Origin: an uncultured delta proteobacterium
GTDB taxonomy: Bacteria > Desulfobacterota > Binatia > UBA9968
Length of the DNA stretch: 64,000 nt
Assembly: GCA_963755715.1 (NCBI GenBank)
Contig: CAVWLW010000050.1
Span: 1 to 64,000 of the forward strand
Direction of reading: 5' to 3'
The notes under the pieces were generated by a model. It saw only the letters and a list, made by a program, of their open reading frames with translations, made no database searches and was not told where the DNA came from. Shown here in pieces: positions 41,857 through 50,913 of this stretch (its first letter is position 1; every line of letters begins with the position of its first letter). The position numbers were made by a program, and so were the translations under genes.

Positions 41857-42870
41857 TTACTTCACTCCGTAAGCCGCGAACAGTTTGTCGATAAAACCGC
41901 TTTCATCGAGTCTGCGCAAGATTTGATCGTCAACCAAATCTTCGACCCTGGCGTTTCCTATCTTGGGATTACGGAGCTTCATCAGCCGCTGGATGTTGCG
42001 CAGCCCATCCATCGACGGATACGGCTTCTTGTCCATGCCGATGGCGATATCCACAAAGCCTTCCTCCGCTTCCTTTTCGTTCACGCGCAGCCGCCGTTGT
42101 AGTATTTTTAGCGTCGCCGCTTTGTTTACCGGTGAGAGTACGAAGGCCATCCCTTCCAGCATAGCCTTCATGAAGCCCTCCATCACGCGCGGGTTTTTTT
42201 GGATATAGGCGCCGCGCGCAACCACACTCGTACTGGCGATGGGCAAGTTGGATTTGTGGAATTCAGCGAGGATGGGAAAGCCTTTTTCATGAAGCCGCTT
42301 GCTGAAAACAATATCGACCACGGTGGCATCGATGCGATTTTCCTCCAGCGCCTGGCTTAGCACCACCTGGTCGCCGATCACCATAAAGCGAATGTCGTCC
42401 CGGTTGGTGTCGATGCCTAATCGCTCCAGTCCGAGCACGGCTCCCATCCACAGAGTGCCGCCGATGCTGGTGACGCCGAAGCGTTTGCCGCGCAGATCTT
42501 CCGCGCGCTTTATTTCAGGCCGCGCGACCAAGTCGTAGGTGACCCGGTTGGTCAGCACCGCCAATATTTTCAAATCTATCCCAGCCGCCGAAGCGCCCAG
42601 CACCGCGGTTCCGCCGGTGTAGCCGACATCCATATCGCCGGAGGTCAACGCAGCCACCAGAGTCGGCGCACCGCGCACAAAGATCAACTCCGCCTCGATG
42701 CCGTTCTTTTTGAAGAACCCTTGCTCTTGCGCCGCCCACAATGGCGCCACGCGCGGACTGATTGACGCGTAGGCGACGATCATCTTCGTCGGCGCCGCTC
42801 CGGCGCCAGCCACCAAGCCACGATCGAGAACCAGAAAAACGATCAAGAGCACCACTCGAAAGTAAAACAT
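41857..42870 (-). CDS. ABC transporter substrate-binding protein (NMT1/THI5-like)
   Basis: Signal peptide, plus GFFKKNGIEAE, DLRGKRFGV and LDESGFIDKL. Confidence 0.88.
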   Translation of the reverse strand: MFYFRVVLLIVFLVLDRGLVAGAGAAPTKMIVAYASISPRVAPLWAAQEQGFFKKNGIEAELIFVRGAPTLVAALTSGDMDVGYTGGTAVLGASAAGIDLKILAVLTNRVTYDLVARPEIKRAEDLRGKRFGVTSIGGTLWMGAVLGLERLGIDTNRDDIRFMVIGDQVVLSQALEENRIDATVVDIVFSKRLHEKGFPILAEFHKSNLPIASTSVVARGAYIQKNPRVMEGFMKAMLEGMAFVLSPVNKAATLKILQRRLRVNEKEAEEGFVDIAIGMDKKPYPSMDGLRNIQRLMKLRNPKIGNARVEDLVDDQILRRLDESGFIDKLFAAYGVK

Positions 42871-42982
42871 GGAGTTCTTCTCCTTTCGCGATGGTGAGGG
42901 TTAGGTGGCCTAAGTTAGTAAAAGCCCCGGCGGCGCGTCAAGGACAAGATCGGATCGAAGTAGCACATGGAAAGATTCTTAA

Positions 42983-43011
42983 TTGACAGAGATTTTGTAT
43001 TTCCTTACACT
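42983..43011 (+). promoter_or_regulatory. Sigma-70 promoter
   Basis: TTGACA-N17-TACACT, about 45 bp upstream of the 43058 start. Confidence 0.65.
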
Positions 43012-43057
43012 CCGCCAGTTTCCTCATTGCGGCGGAAGGCCTTAACAGGAGCGCAGC

Positions 43058-44065
43058 ATGACAATGGAAAAGGCAATGAGCCTAAGGGTCAATAATTTAG
43101 GTGCGTGGTGTTTGCTAATTTTTGCTGCTCCCCTTTTGATCGGCGTGGCTTGGATCGACGAAGCCGCGGCGCAGAAGGTGCGGGTTGCCATGCCGGCCAA
43201 GAGCATGACGTTTCTCAACTTTTACGTCGGCGATAAGTTTGGCATCTACAAAGCCGAAGGATTGGACGTGTCTTTGGAAGTGATAAAGACTGACGTCGGC
43301 GTCTCCGGCATGGTCACGGGTGAATTGGATTACACGTCTGCCATCGGCTCGGCGATGCGCGCCGCCGCCACCGGAGTGCCGCTGAAAGCCGCCATGTTCA
43401 CCCTGGACCGAGTGATGGTCTACATGTTCGCCAAGCCCGCGATCAAGTCGATTGAAGAGCTGAAAGGTGGCAAGGTCGTTGCCACGACCGGCTTGGTCGC
43501 GACGCCGACCTATGCGGCCAAGGTCATGGCTCGTGCCCATGGGGTCAACCCCGATAAAGACTTGACCTTCATTTCCACCGGCGACGTGGCCAATTCTCTG
43601 GCTGCGCTGCAGAGCGGAACGGCGGACGTGGCGATGCTTTCGATTCCTTTCAACTTCAGGGCAGAGGAGTTAGGCTTTCGCAACCTCGGCAACGCCGTCG
43701 ATTATCTTCAGTCGCCCTTTGCCGGACTCGGAGCCACCGACGCCAAGATGAAGAGCAACCCCGCACAGGTGAAACGCATGATTCGCGCGACCCTCAAGGG
43801 AATGGAATTCACCAGAGATCCGGCAAACCAAGAAAAGGTAGCCGGCTTGTTAATGGATGAGTTCAAACTCGACCGCAAGACCGCCGGTCTCTCGCTGCGC
43901 GAGATCATCAAGGCCTTCACCAGAGATGGCACGACCTCGGAAGACGCCGTGAAGGTCGAGATCAAGGAAATCCGCGAGCAGGCAAAGATCAAAGCCGAAA
44001 TCCCCGTCAGCCAATTGGTTGACTACAAACTGCTCGAAGAAGTTTTGGCGGAGATGAAGCGATAG
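43058..44065 (+). CDS. ABC transporter substrate-binding protein (NMT1/THI5-like)
   Basis: Signal peptide, plus YKAEGLDV, GELDY and VDYKLLEEV. Confidence 0.85.
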   Translation: MTMEKAMSLRVNNLGAWCLLIFAAPLLIGVAWIDEAAAQKVRVAMPAKSMTFLNFYVGDKFGIYKAEGLDVSLEVIKTDVGVSGMVTGELDYTSAIGSAMRAAATGVPLKAAMFTLDRVMVYMFAKPAIKSIEELKGGKVVATTGLVATPTYAAKVMARAHGVNPDKDLTFISTGDVANSLAALQSGTADVAMLSIPFNFRAEELGFRNLGNAVDYLQSPFAGLGATDAKMKSNPAQVKRMIRATLKGMEFTRDPANQEKVAGLLMDEFKLDRKTAGLSLREIIKAFTRDGTTSEDAVKVEIKEIREQAKIKAEIPVSQLVDYKLLEEVLAEMKR

Positions 44066-44262
44066 AAATACCGGCGGATGATTCGCCGCGCTCAGCATCG
44101 AGATTTATGAAACTTATTCTGGCTAGCGCTCTGCTCGCATCGCAAATCCTTACGGCATCCGCGCCGCGCTCAGCTGCTCGGCAATGTAATGTGGCGGTCG
44201 CTCTTCGAGAATGACAAGCGGTAAACTTTAGATCGTTGTGACGCGCCGAATTACACCGATCG

Positions 44263-44631
44263 TTACACAGGCCAGCTATGTTTGGAGAGATCGATGGGAT
44301 TGCCGTCGGGGTCGTGGACGCGGTATTCCGCCTCGCGGTTCGGCGGTCGCTTGTCGACGCCGGTTGAAGCATTGAGTTCCTTACAAGCCTCGTGGACGGC
44401 GGCCACGTCCTCCACCTCGAAACCGAAATGATTGATTCCCACTTGCAACTGTGGCCCTTCGATCTCGCGCTCCGGCCCGATCGGTATGATCGCAAGATTA
44501 ATGTGCCCATCGGAAAGATAAGTCGCCGTGCCGACGCCGTGAACGATCTTCAAGCCGAACGCCGTGGTGTAAAACTTAACCAGCTTCTCCACGTCCTCGG
44601 TGAGAATCGCGAGATGACGGATGCGAGCCAT
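44263..44631 (-). CDS. VOC / glyoxalase family protein
   Basis: Motifs IRHLAI, FY...FG, GINHFGFEV and DPDGNPID. Confidence 0.9.
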   Translation of the reverse strand: MARIRHLAILTEDVEKLVKFYTTAFGLKIVHGVGTATYLSDGHINLAIIPIGPEREIEGPQLQVGINHFGFEVEDVAAVHEACKELNASTGVDKRPPNREAEYRVHDPDGNPIDLSKHSWPV

Positions 44632-44842
44632 AGATTTTCTCCTTTACGACCAACCTGAAGCTGGCCGCATCCTACGAAATCTCCACTGCGCCTGACAAGC
44701 GCAATCGACGTGCGAATCCACAGCAAATCATCGGTTGATAAGTCGGCGCTTGCCGAAAAAAGTCATTCTTGGTCGGCGAGCTGCGACATAATCCGCGCTG
44801 GCCTTCAGCCCTCGTAGTGAAGTGTGACAGCTATATAGCGTT

Positions 44843-44915
44843 TGCCGTTCATGGTTCGAGAACCTCACCACGAACGGCTTGTGCCTTGACCTTTCACCCT
44901 GAGCTCGTCGAAGGG
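44843..44915. repeat. Palindromic intergenic repeats
   Basis: gccgttc-atggttcgagaacctcaccac-gaacggc followed by ccttt-caccctgagctcgtcg-aaggg. Confidence 0.6.
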
Positions 44916-45043
44916 TTCTTCGAACTCAAACCCGAATCAACCGTTATAGTCCAATAGTAAACGCGCTCCTGAGTCGACTATGCTTGAACCGTCATATTAA
45001 GCGGGATTATTGTATCCGATGAATCTAAAAATGGAGAATCACC

Positions 45044-46384
45044 ATGGGACAAACCGAAACCGCACTGGCAAAATTCGTCCTGGACTTTCCGACCCAGGAG
45101 GTTCCCGCCGACGTCATGCACTTGGCCAAGCGCTGCTTGATGAACTACTCCGGCGTCGCGCTTCTCGCCAACCTCGACCCAGCGATTGATATCTTGCTCG
45201 ATGTATTGCGCGCCGAGGGCTGTGCGCCTGCAGCCACCGTCATCGGCAAGGGGTTTAAGACCTCGGCGCTGAACGCGGCGCTGGCAAACGGCTTTCTCGG
45301 TCACTTCGAAGACTATGACGACACGCATACGACGGTGATTCATCCGAGCGCGCCGATCCTGCCGGGAGCACTGGCGCTCAGCGAACAAAGGACCGTGAGC
45401 GGAAAAGATTTTCTCGCGGCATTCGCCGTTGGCGTCGAGGTCGCGTGCCGCATCGGTCTGGTGCTGGTAGAACATTTTCGCGAAGGCGCGGCGCATTGGC
45501 ACATCACCAACACCTGCGGCGTGCTTGGTGCGGCGGCCGCGGCCGGCCGTCTACTCAAACTCAACCAAGGTCAAATGGTCTACGCTTTCGCCATCGCCGG
45601 CACCCAGGCGAGCGGTCTGCGCGAAGTGTTCGGCTCCATGTGCAAGCCGTTTCACGCGGGCAAGGCGGCGCAAAACGGCACCCTGGCGGCGCTGTTGGCG
45701 CAGCGCGGCTTCACCGGCACCGACAGCATTTTCGAAGGAGCGCGCGGCCTGGTCGGCGTGATGGCCAGCGGTCACGACATCAGCGAAGCGACGAAAGATT
45801 TGGGCCAACGCTGGGAGTTGCCGCAAAACGGGCTCAAACCTTTTGCCTGCGGCCAAGCCAATCATGGCTTTATCGACGCCGCGCTCGCCCTGCGAAAGCA
45901 ACCCGGCGTCAGGCCCGAAACCATCAAACATATCCAGGGCAGCGTCGAGCAGTTCGCGCCGGCGCTGGTGCGCCGCCGTCATCCGCGCAGCGGACTCGAA
46001 TCGAAGTTTTGCTACTATCACTCAGTAGCGGCAGCGCTCGTCGACGGCCAGGCGCTGCCGGCGCAATTCACCGACGAGCGCGCCGCCGATCCGGCGATCG
46101 AGAGCCTGCGCAATCGCATCGATTTTAACGAAGATCCGTCGTTGCCCCGCCGCGCGGTTCGAGTTACCCTCGAATTGACCGACGGTCGCACCTATACGGA
46201 AAGAGTGGATCACCCGACCGGCACGCCGGGGAATCCGATGAGCGACACCAGGGTGCAAGAAAAATTTCACGGACTCGCAAGCGCGGTTCTCGGAGTAGAA
46301 AAAGCCGATAAGGCGCAAAGCGCTCTATGGAGTGTCGACACCATGCCTGACGTGAGCCAGCTGATACCGTTGCTGCTCAAATGA
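45044..46384 (+). CDS. MmgE/PrpD family protein
   Basis: Motifs GH.EDYDDTH...HPSAP, K.FHAG, K.FACG..NH and GTPGNPMS...EKF. Confidence 0.92.
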   Translation: MGQTETALAKFVLDFPTQEVPADVMHLAKRCLMNYSGVALLANLDPAIDILLDVLRAEGCAPAATVIGKGFKTSALNAALANGFLGHFEDYDDTHTTVIHPSAPILPGALALSEQRTVSGKDFLAAFAVGVEVACRIGLVLVEHFREGAAHWHITNTCGVLGAAAAAGRLLKLNQGQMVYAFAIAGTQASGLREVFGSMCKPFHAGKAAQNGTLAALLAQRGFTGTDSIFEGARGLVGVMASGHDISEATKDLGQRWELPQNGLKPFACGQANHGFIDAALALRKQPGVRPETIKHIQGSVEQFAPALVRRRHPRSGLESKFCYYHSVAAALVDGQALPAQFTDERAADPAIESLRNRIDFNEDPSLPRRAVRVTLELTDGRTYTERVDHPTGTPGNPMSDTRVQEKFHGLASAVLGVEKADKAQSALWSVDTMPDVSQLIPLLLK

Positions 46385-46570
46385 GTGGGTCGCATCTTTA
46401 ATATTTACGAGCAAATTTCTCGCTGGCTTGCGCCTGAATCCTTAACGGCCCTTTTAAAAAATAAAAGCAGAAGGCTCTTCACCTTCCTAGCCTAGGAAGT
46501 CGGTGACCATGCGGGCCATCTTCTCGCCTTCATGGATCACGACCGCTCGCTTCGCTTTCCCATACTCAAC

Positions 46571-47023
46571 TCACACCGGTGCGCCGAGCCCTTTATGCAG
46601 CCGCTTGGTGAATTCCTGCAGGATCAACGTCGCCGTCGCGCGCAAGACCATGTCGCCGAGAATGCCCAGCCGCCCTTTGATTTTCACGTCGGCTTTGTAG
46701 TCCATTTGCGTTTTGTTATCCAATGCAGCGCGCAGGTCGACGGTCATGTCGGCGTTCACCGTGCTTTTGGTCACCGAATCCACGCCCTCGGTCCGCACCA
46801 CCATCTGTTCCGGCGGCCGGCTTTCGACTATCGTCGAGCGAAAGTTGAACTTCCCCGAGATCGGCCCCACGGCCGCCGAGATAATCCCGTCAAAGGTTTT
46901 ATCATCGATCTGCTTGACCTCATCGATGCCGGGCAGACAGGTAGAAAACTTATTGATGTCGATCAAAAAGTCCCAGGCCTTCTGAACCGGGACGTTGAGA
47001 TCGATCTTGCCGTCAAATATCAT
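46571..47023 (-). CDS. CoxG / SRPBCC family protein
   Basis: Motifs WDFL.D......CLPG, VGPISG.F and G.LG.LG. The start is placed at MIFDG after GGAG. Confidence 0.85.
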   Translation of the reverse strand: MIFDGKIDLNVPVQKAWDFLIDINKFSTCLPGIDEVKQIDDKTFDGIISAAVGPISGKFNFRSTIVESRPPEQMVVRTEGVDSVTKSTVNADMTVDLRAALDNKTQMDYKADVKIKGRLGILGDMVLRATATLILQEFTKRLHKGLGAPV

Positions 47024-47586
47024 CGCTGTCTCTCCCAAAACAAATTCAGGCGCGATCTTATGCGAGAAAATTTTTCCTGACAAGGCCTGGACTAAATCTA
47101 TGACGGACCGCGCGGGTGAGTGCTCACGGCGCAAATAAACAGGAATTTGCGCTGCTCTAGCTTAAACGTCCTGCCGTATCGTCAGGGTGAAAGTCGAACC
47201 TTTGCTATACTCGCTTTCAGCACTCAGATCGCCCAAAAGCTCGGCCAATCACGCGGCGAATCGTAAACGTTCTGACAAGCGTACTTCGTATCAACGCCAA
47301 TTTCCGGCCCAAGCCCGCGATGCAACACGCATTAGCGGCGCGAGCGGCAAACACTCCGGCTTCGTTGCGGCAAATGAGCCAACATTGACGTTGACAAACT
47401 GACACAATCAACCTAGGGTGGCGTTACACATCCCTCAACAATAGATCGGTCTAGCATTGATTTTCCGAAAGTGGTCGTGATTTCATGATCGCGCTCCTCC
47501 TTCTGATAGTTGCTGCCAATCTAATTTCGCTTGCGCTCCGCTTTTAAAACGCGCTCAAACGTCGCCGCTGACCGGCAAGGTAAAAA

Positions 47587-49149
47587 ATGATGAACGAAAA
47601 TATTGCAAACATGCCGGCCGAATTCCAACTATTGCCAACCGCAATGGGAAGCACCTCCGAGATTGAAATATCGGTGCAATTCGACCCGGAAAGTTTGCCT
47701 GTCGATACGCTTCTTGCGGCCGATGTAGAAGTCACGGAGCTGGAGTCGCTCGAACCAGTATCGGGTATCGAGGAGGAGGCGGAAGACGACAACAAAAACG
47801 ACGCGCTGCTTGCCGCGCCGAACCCCATCGTCCGTTATCTCCAGGACATACGCTCCGTTCCGCTGCTTAGCCGCAACGAAGAAATCAGCTTGGCGCGGCA
47901 GATCGAAGAGGGACAAGACCAAATCGTCGAAGAAGCGCTCTCATCGCGTCTGGCACTCCGCTATGTGCTTGAGCTTGGCCAAACGGTTGCCGCAAGACAA
48001 GTGAGCATGCGCGACATCGTCAGGCTGCACGTGGAGGTTTCCGGGGAACATTTCGATGACGAACGCATGTTAAGATCGCGCTTTCGAACGGGCGTGCTTA
48101 AATTGCGGCGCTTGGCCAATCACGATCGATACACCGCCGCGCGGTCGGAAAAGCCGGCGACCGGTGCACGCGAAATGATGATCCTCAAGCAAAGAAAAAA
48201 GATCGCCGAGGTGATCAAATCTCTCGATCTCACTCACGAGCATATCGACGCTATCATCCAGCGGCACAGCGACGTCTACGAACGCGCCAAAGAGCTCATA
48301 GAAAAAACCCGCGGTCAACCGAAACCACGCAAACAAATCCAGGCTATGGAAAAGGCGATCGGCATGCCAATCGCTGAACTCGGGCGCAAGCTCGAAACAA
48401 TTCTCGACAAAAGGGCGCAAGTCGCTGCGGCAAAGAACCATTTTGCCCAGGCAAACCTGCGTTTGGTCGCCGCCATTGCGAAGAAATATTGCGGCCACGG
48501 CCTTAGTTACCTGGATCTCATTCAAGAAGGCAATATCGGTCTGCTGCGCGCCGTCGATAAGTTTGATTACCGGCTTGGTTTCCGCTTCGCGACCTACGCC
48601 AGCTGGTGGATTCGCCAAGCCGTCACTCGTTCGCTTTCAGATCATGCGCACACCATCCGCATCCCGGTCCACATGGTCGAGCTGACCAATAAATTGTCGC
48701 ATACTCTCGACAGCCTCGGACGCCAACTCGGCCGCAGGCCAACTTCGCAGGAAATTGCCGTGCGCATGGCCGTACCAGAAGCCAAAGTTCATACGATTTT
48801 AAATTTAGTCAAAGAACCAATCTCGCTGGATATCCCATTGGGTGAAGATGGTGAGAGCTGCTTGGCGGACGTGATCCGGGACGAGCATGCCGCCGATCCT
48901 GAGGCGCTAGTCATCGACGCAACATTCAAACACGCGATGCAAAGACTTCTGACGACCCTCACTCCTCGCGAAGAAAAAATTATCTGCATGCGCTTTGGCA
49001 TCCGGCAAAAGACCAGCCACACGCTTGAGGAAACCGGCAAGGTATTCGGCATCACGCGCGAAAGAATTCGGCAGATCGAAGCGATCGCGCTCAAGAAACT
49101 GCGGCGCTCCGATCCGGCCTTGCGCCATCTCATGCCGACAACAAGATAG
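47587..49149 (+). CDS. RpoD-like sigma-70 factor (secondary paralog)
   Basis: Region 1.2 ([18 protein letters not shown]), region 2 ([38 protein letters not shown]), TIRIPVHM and region 4 ([16 protein letters not shown]). Confidence 0.9.
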   Translation: MMNENIANMPAEFQLLPTAMGSTSEIEISVQFDPESLPVDTLLAADVEVTELESLEPVSGIEEEAEDDNKNDALLAAPNPIVRYLQDIRSVPLLSRNEEISLARQIEEGQDQIVEEALSSRLALRYVLELGQTVAARQVSMRDIVRLHVEVSGEHFDDERMLRSRFRTGVLKLRRLANHDRYTAARSEKPATGAREMMILKQRKKIAEVIKSLDLTHEHIDAIIQRHSDVYERAKELIEKTRGQPKPRKQIQAMEKAIGMPIAELGRKLETILDKRAQVAAAKNHFAQANLRLVAAIAKKYCGHGLSYLDLIQEGNIGLLRAVDKFDYRLGFRFATYASWWIRQAVTRSLSDHAHTIRIPVHMVELTNKLSHTLDSLGRQLGRRPTSQEIAVRMAVPEAKVHTILNLVKEPISLDIPLGEDGESCLADVIRDEHAADPEALVIDATFKHAMQRLLTTLTPREEKIICMRFGIRQKTSHTLEETGKVFGITRERIRQIEAIALKKLRRSDPALRHLMPTTR

Positions 49150-49441
49150 ACGCGCGTGAAACCGCTATCGTTTGGGAGCACGACTCGATTCTTCTAGAGT
49201 CTGGCGAGATCATGCCTTGATCGACGTGACCGCAAATGATTTTGCCGTTTTCCTGTCAAACCAGCGAAAGAACCCACGCTGACCACACGTTCGAAATGTC
49301 GGATCGGTGCAGATCCAAACGTGCTTAGAAAATAATAATCAAGAACGGGCGGCCCAGGAAAGCAGGCTCTGAGACGGCGGGATTCACAAATTGAGAAGAG
49401 TTAATCAAGTTACAGAGCTAGGGCGAACTCCTCAACAGACT

Positions 49442-49663
49442 TTATTTTTGCGACCGCTCATCGATCCACTTCTTGCCCAATTCAAAACCGCGAGCGCTGG
49501 CGTCCTCTGTGGTGACGAACGCCTCGCCGGAAACTAATCTCGCTATCGGGCTGTGGTCCCGTTTATGCCTGATTTCGACAACGAGAATGCATGACGAGTT
49601 GCTAGACTTATCAGGGGTGAGAAATACGGAAATGTAGTGATTGCTATAACGCAGGACAGCCAT
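49442..49663 (-). CDS. Small hypothetical protein
   Basis: 73 aa ORF with an AAGGA RBS and a protein-like C-terminus, A...GFELGKKWID. Confidence 0.5.
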   Translation of the reverse strand: MAVLRYSNHYISVFLTPDKSSNSSCILVVEIRHKRDHSPIARLVSGEAFVTTEDASARGFELGKKWIDERSQK

Positions 49664-50082
49664 CGCAGAACATCCTTTTCGGACCTCCGGTCCTGGCGGC
49701 CCCGGACGGACTAAGCTCGAACGGCTTTACGTGTGAATCTAAGGGTACTGTGCTTTCCCTGCTGTTACAATCGGCAATTCGCACAATAGTGAAGAAGAAA
49801 AAATTAGGCCCGAAATATAGCAGGTGTGGCTTGTAGCAAGGAACGTCCGTGCAGTAAAAGCAGCACGTCAAGTTTTCAACGATGTCTCAAAACTTCCCCG
49901 GATACGCCGCACGCGATGATTTCCCGACGCGATAGTCACGGCCGCTTTCGCCAAGGCGTCTGGACTCGGCCGGTCAGAGGCGGTCTCGCTCACGTAAGCC
50001 CATGTCACGTTACATTAGGATCAACGACATAAGTCACCGGAGCGGGCCCAATGACCCTCGTTGGCGGTACCGACGGCACGGA

Positions 50083-50790
50083 TCAGTATGGCATTGGGAT
50101 CGGTAAGCAGTCGCAGGGATAGGGATCGAGTGGAATATGCGGCCTGTCCACTTGGCAGTCGCGCATCACGCGATCGAGAAATTTCTTGGCTTCTTCCGGA
50201 GGCTCGACGCTGACGCCCGAGGATTTGAACTTTTCCTTCGAGATAGCGCTCCACTCGTAGACCAAGGCCGTCACCCGGGCCCGGCACCACAGCGTCGCCA
50301 GCGGCCGCGGTAGAAAAATCACCGTGGACAGCGCCTGAGCGAATACCGCGGGAAACTCGACCGTTGCCCATCGATGTCCGGGAGCGTTATGCGAGCGCCG
50401 ACTGGCTAGCCCCGGCCATTGTCTCGTATCCGCGTTAAGGCACAGCATGCCGCGCTCTAAGTCAATCGACGATCGCATACTCCCTCTCATTCAGTATGAT
50501 TTTCCCGGCAACCGGCATGCGCTTGCGCATGGAGTTTACCGTGTGGCAGCCTTTATCGGCGAATTGCGCGACTTTGATGACCTTATCGGTTGGCGCGGCG
50601 GTCTTGATGTTAAAAAAATAGCTGAGCCCTCGCGCGGCTTGTGAAAAATCCTCCATTTCGAGATCGTCGATGGCCACCGCCGCTTTCGCCAGCGCCACGA
50701 GGCTTGGTCGGCGGCGCTATCGCTAACGGAGCCCACTTCGCTCATTGGCAGAATCAATAGCGTCCGTGGCTCGGCGCGTCCCATTCCAGT
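50083..50790 (-). other. Possible frameshifted hypothetical protein, divergent from the cyclase gene
   Basis: Three overlapping minus-strand ORFs (50536, 50462, 50083) join into one protein-like sequence. No family was recognised. Confidence 0.35.
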
Positions 50791-50913
50791 GTCAACGTCG
50801 ATCTGGCTTGGCTTGAGACCGCTGAGAATCCTTTTTATGGAGCCCGTCCGTCAAGACTTATAGCTTGCTTTCAATGGCCGCCCAAATATATTCTCACCCA
50901 AGCGTGAGGCGTT

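Noticed and set aside
47452-47500. Minus-strand GGAGGAG RBS followed by MKSRPLSENQC*
   Set aside because: Only 11 codons and no supporting similarity. It could be a frameshifted relic but cannot be supported.
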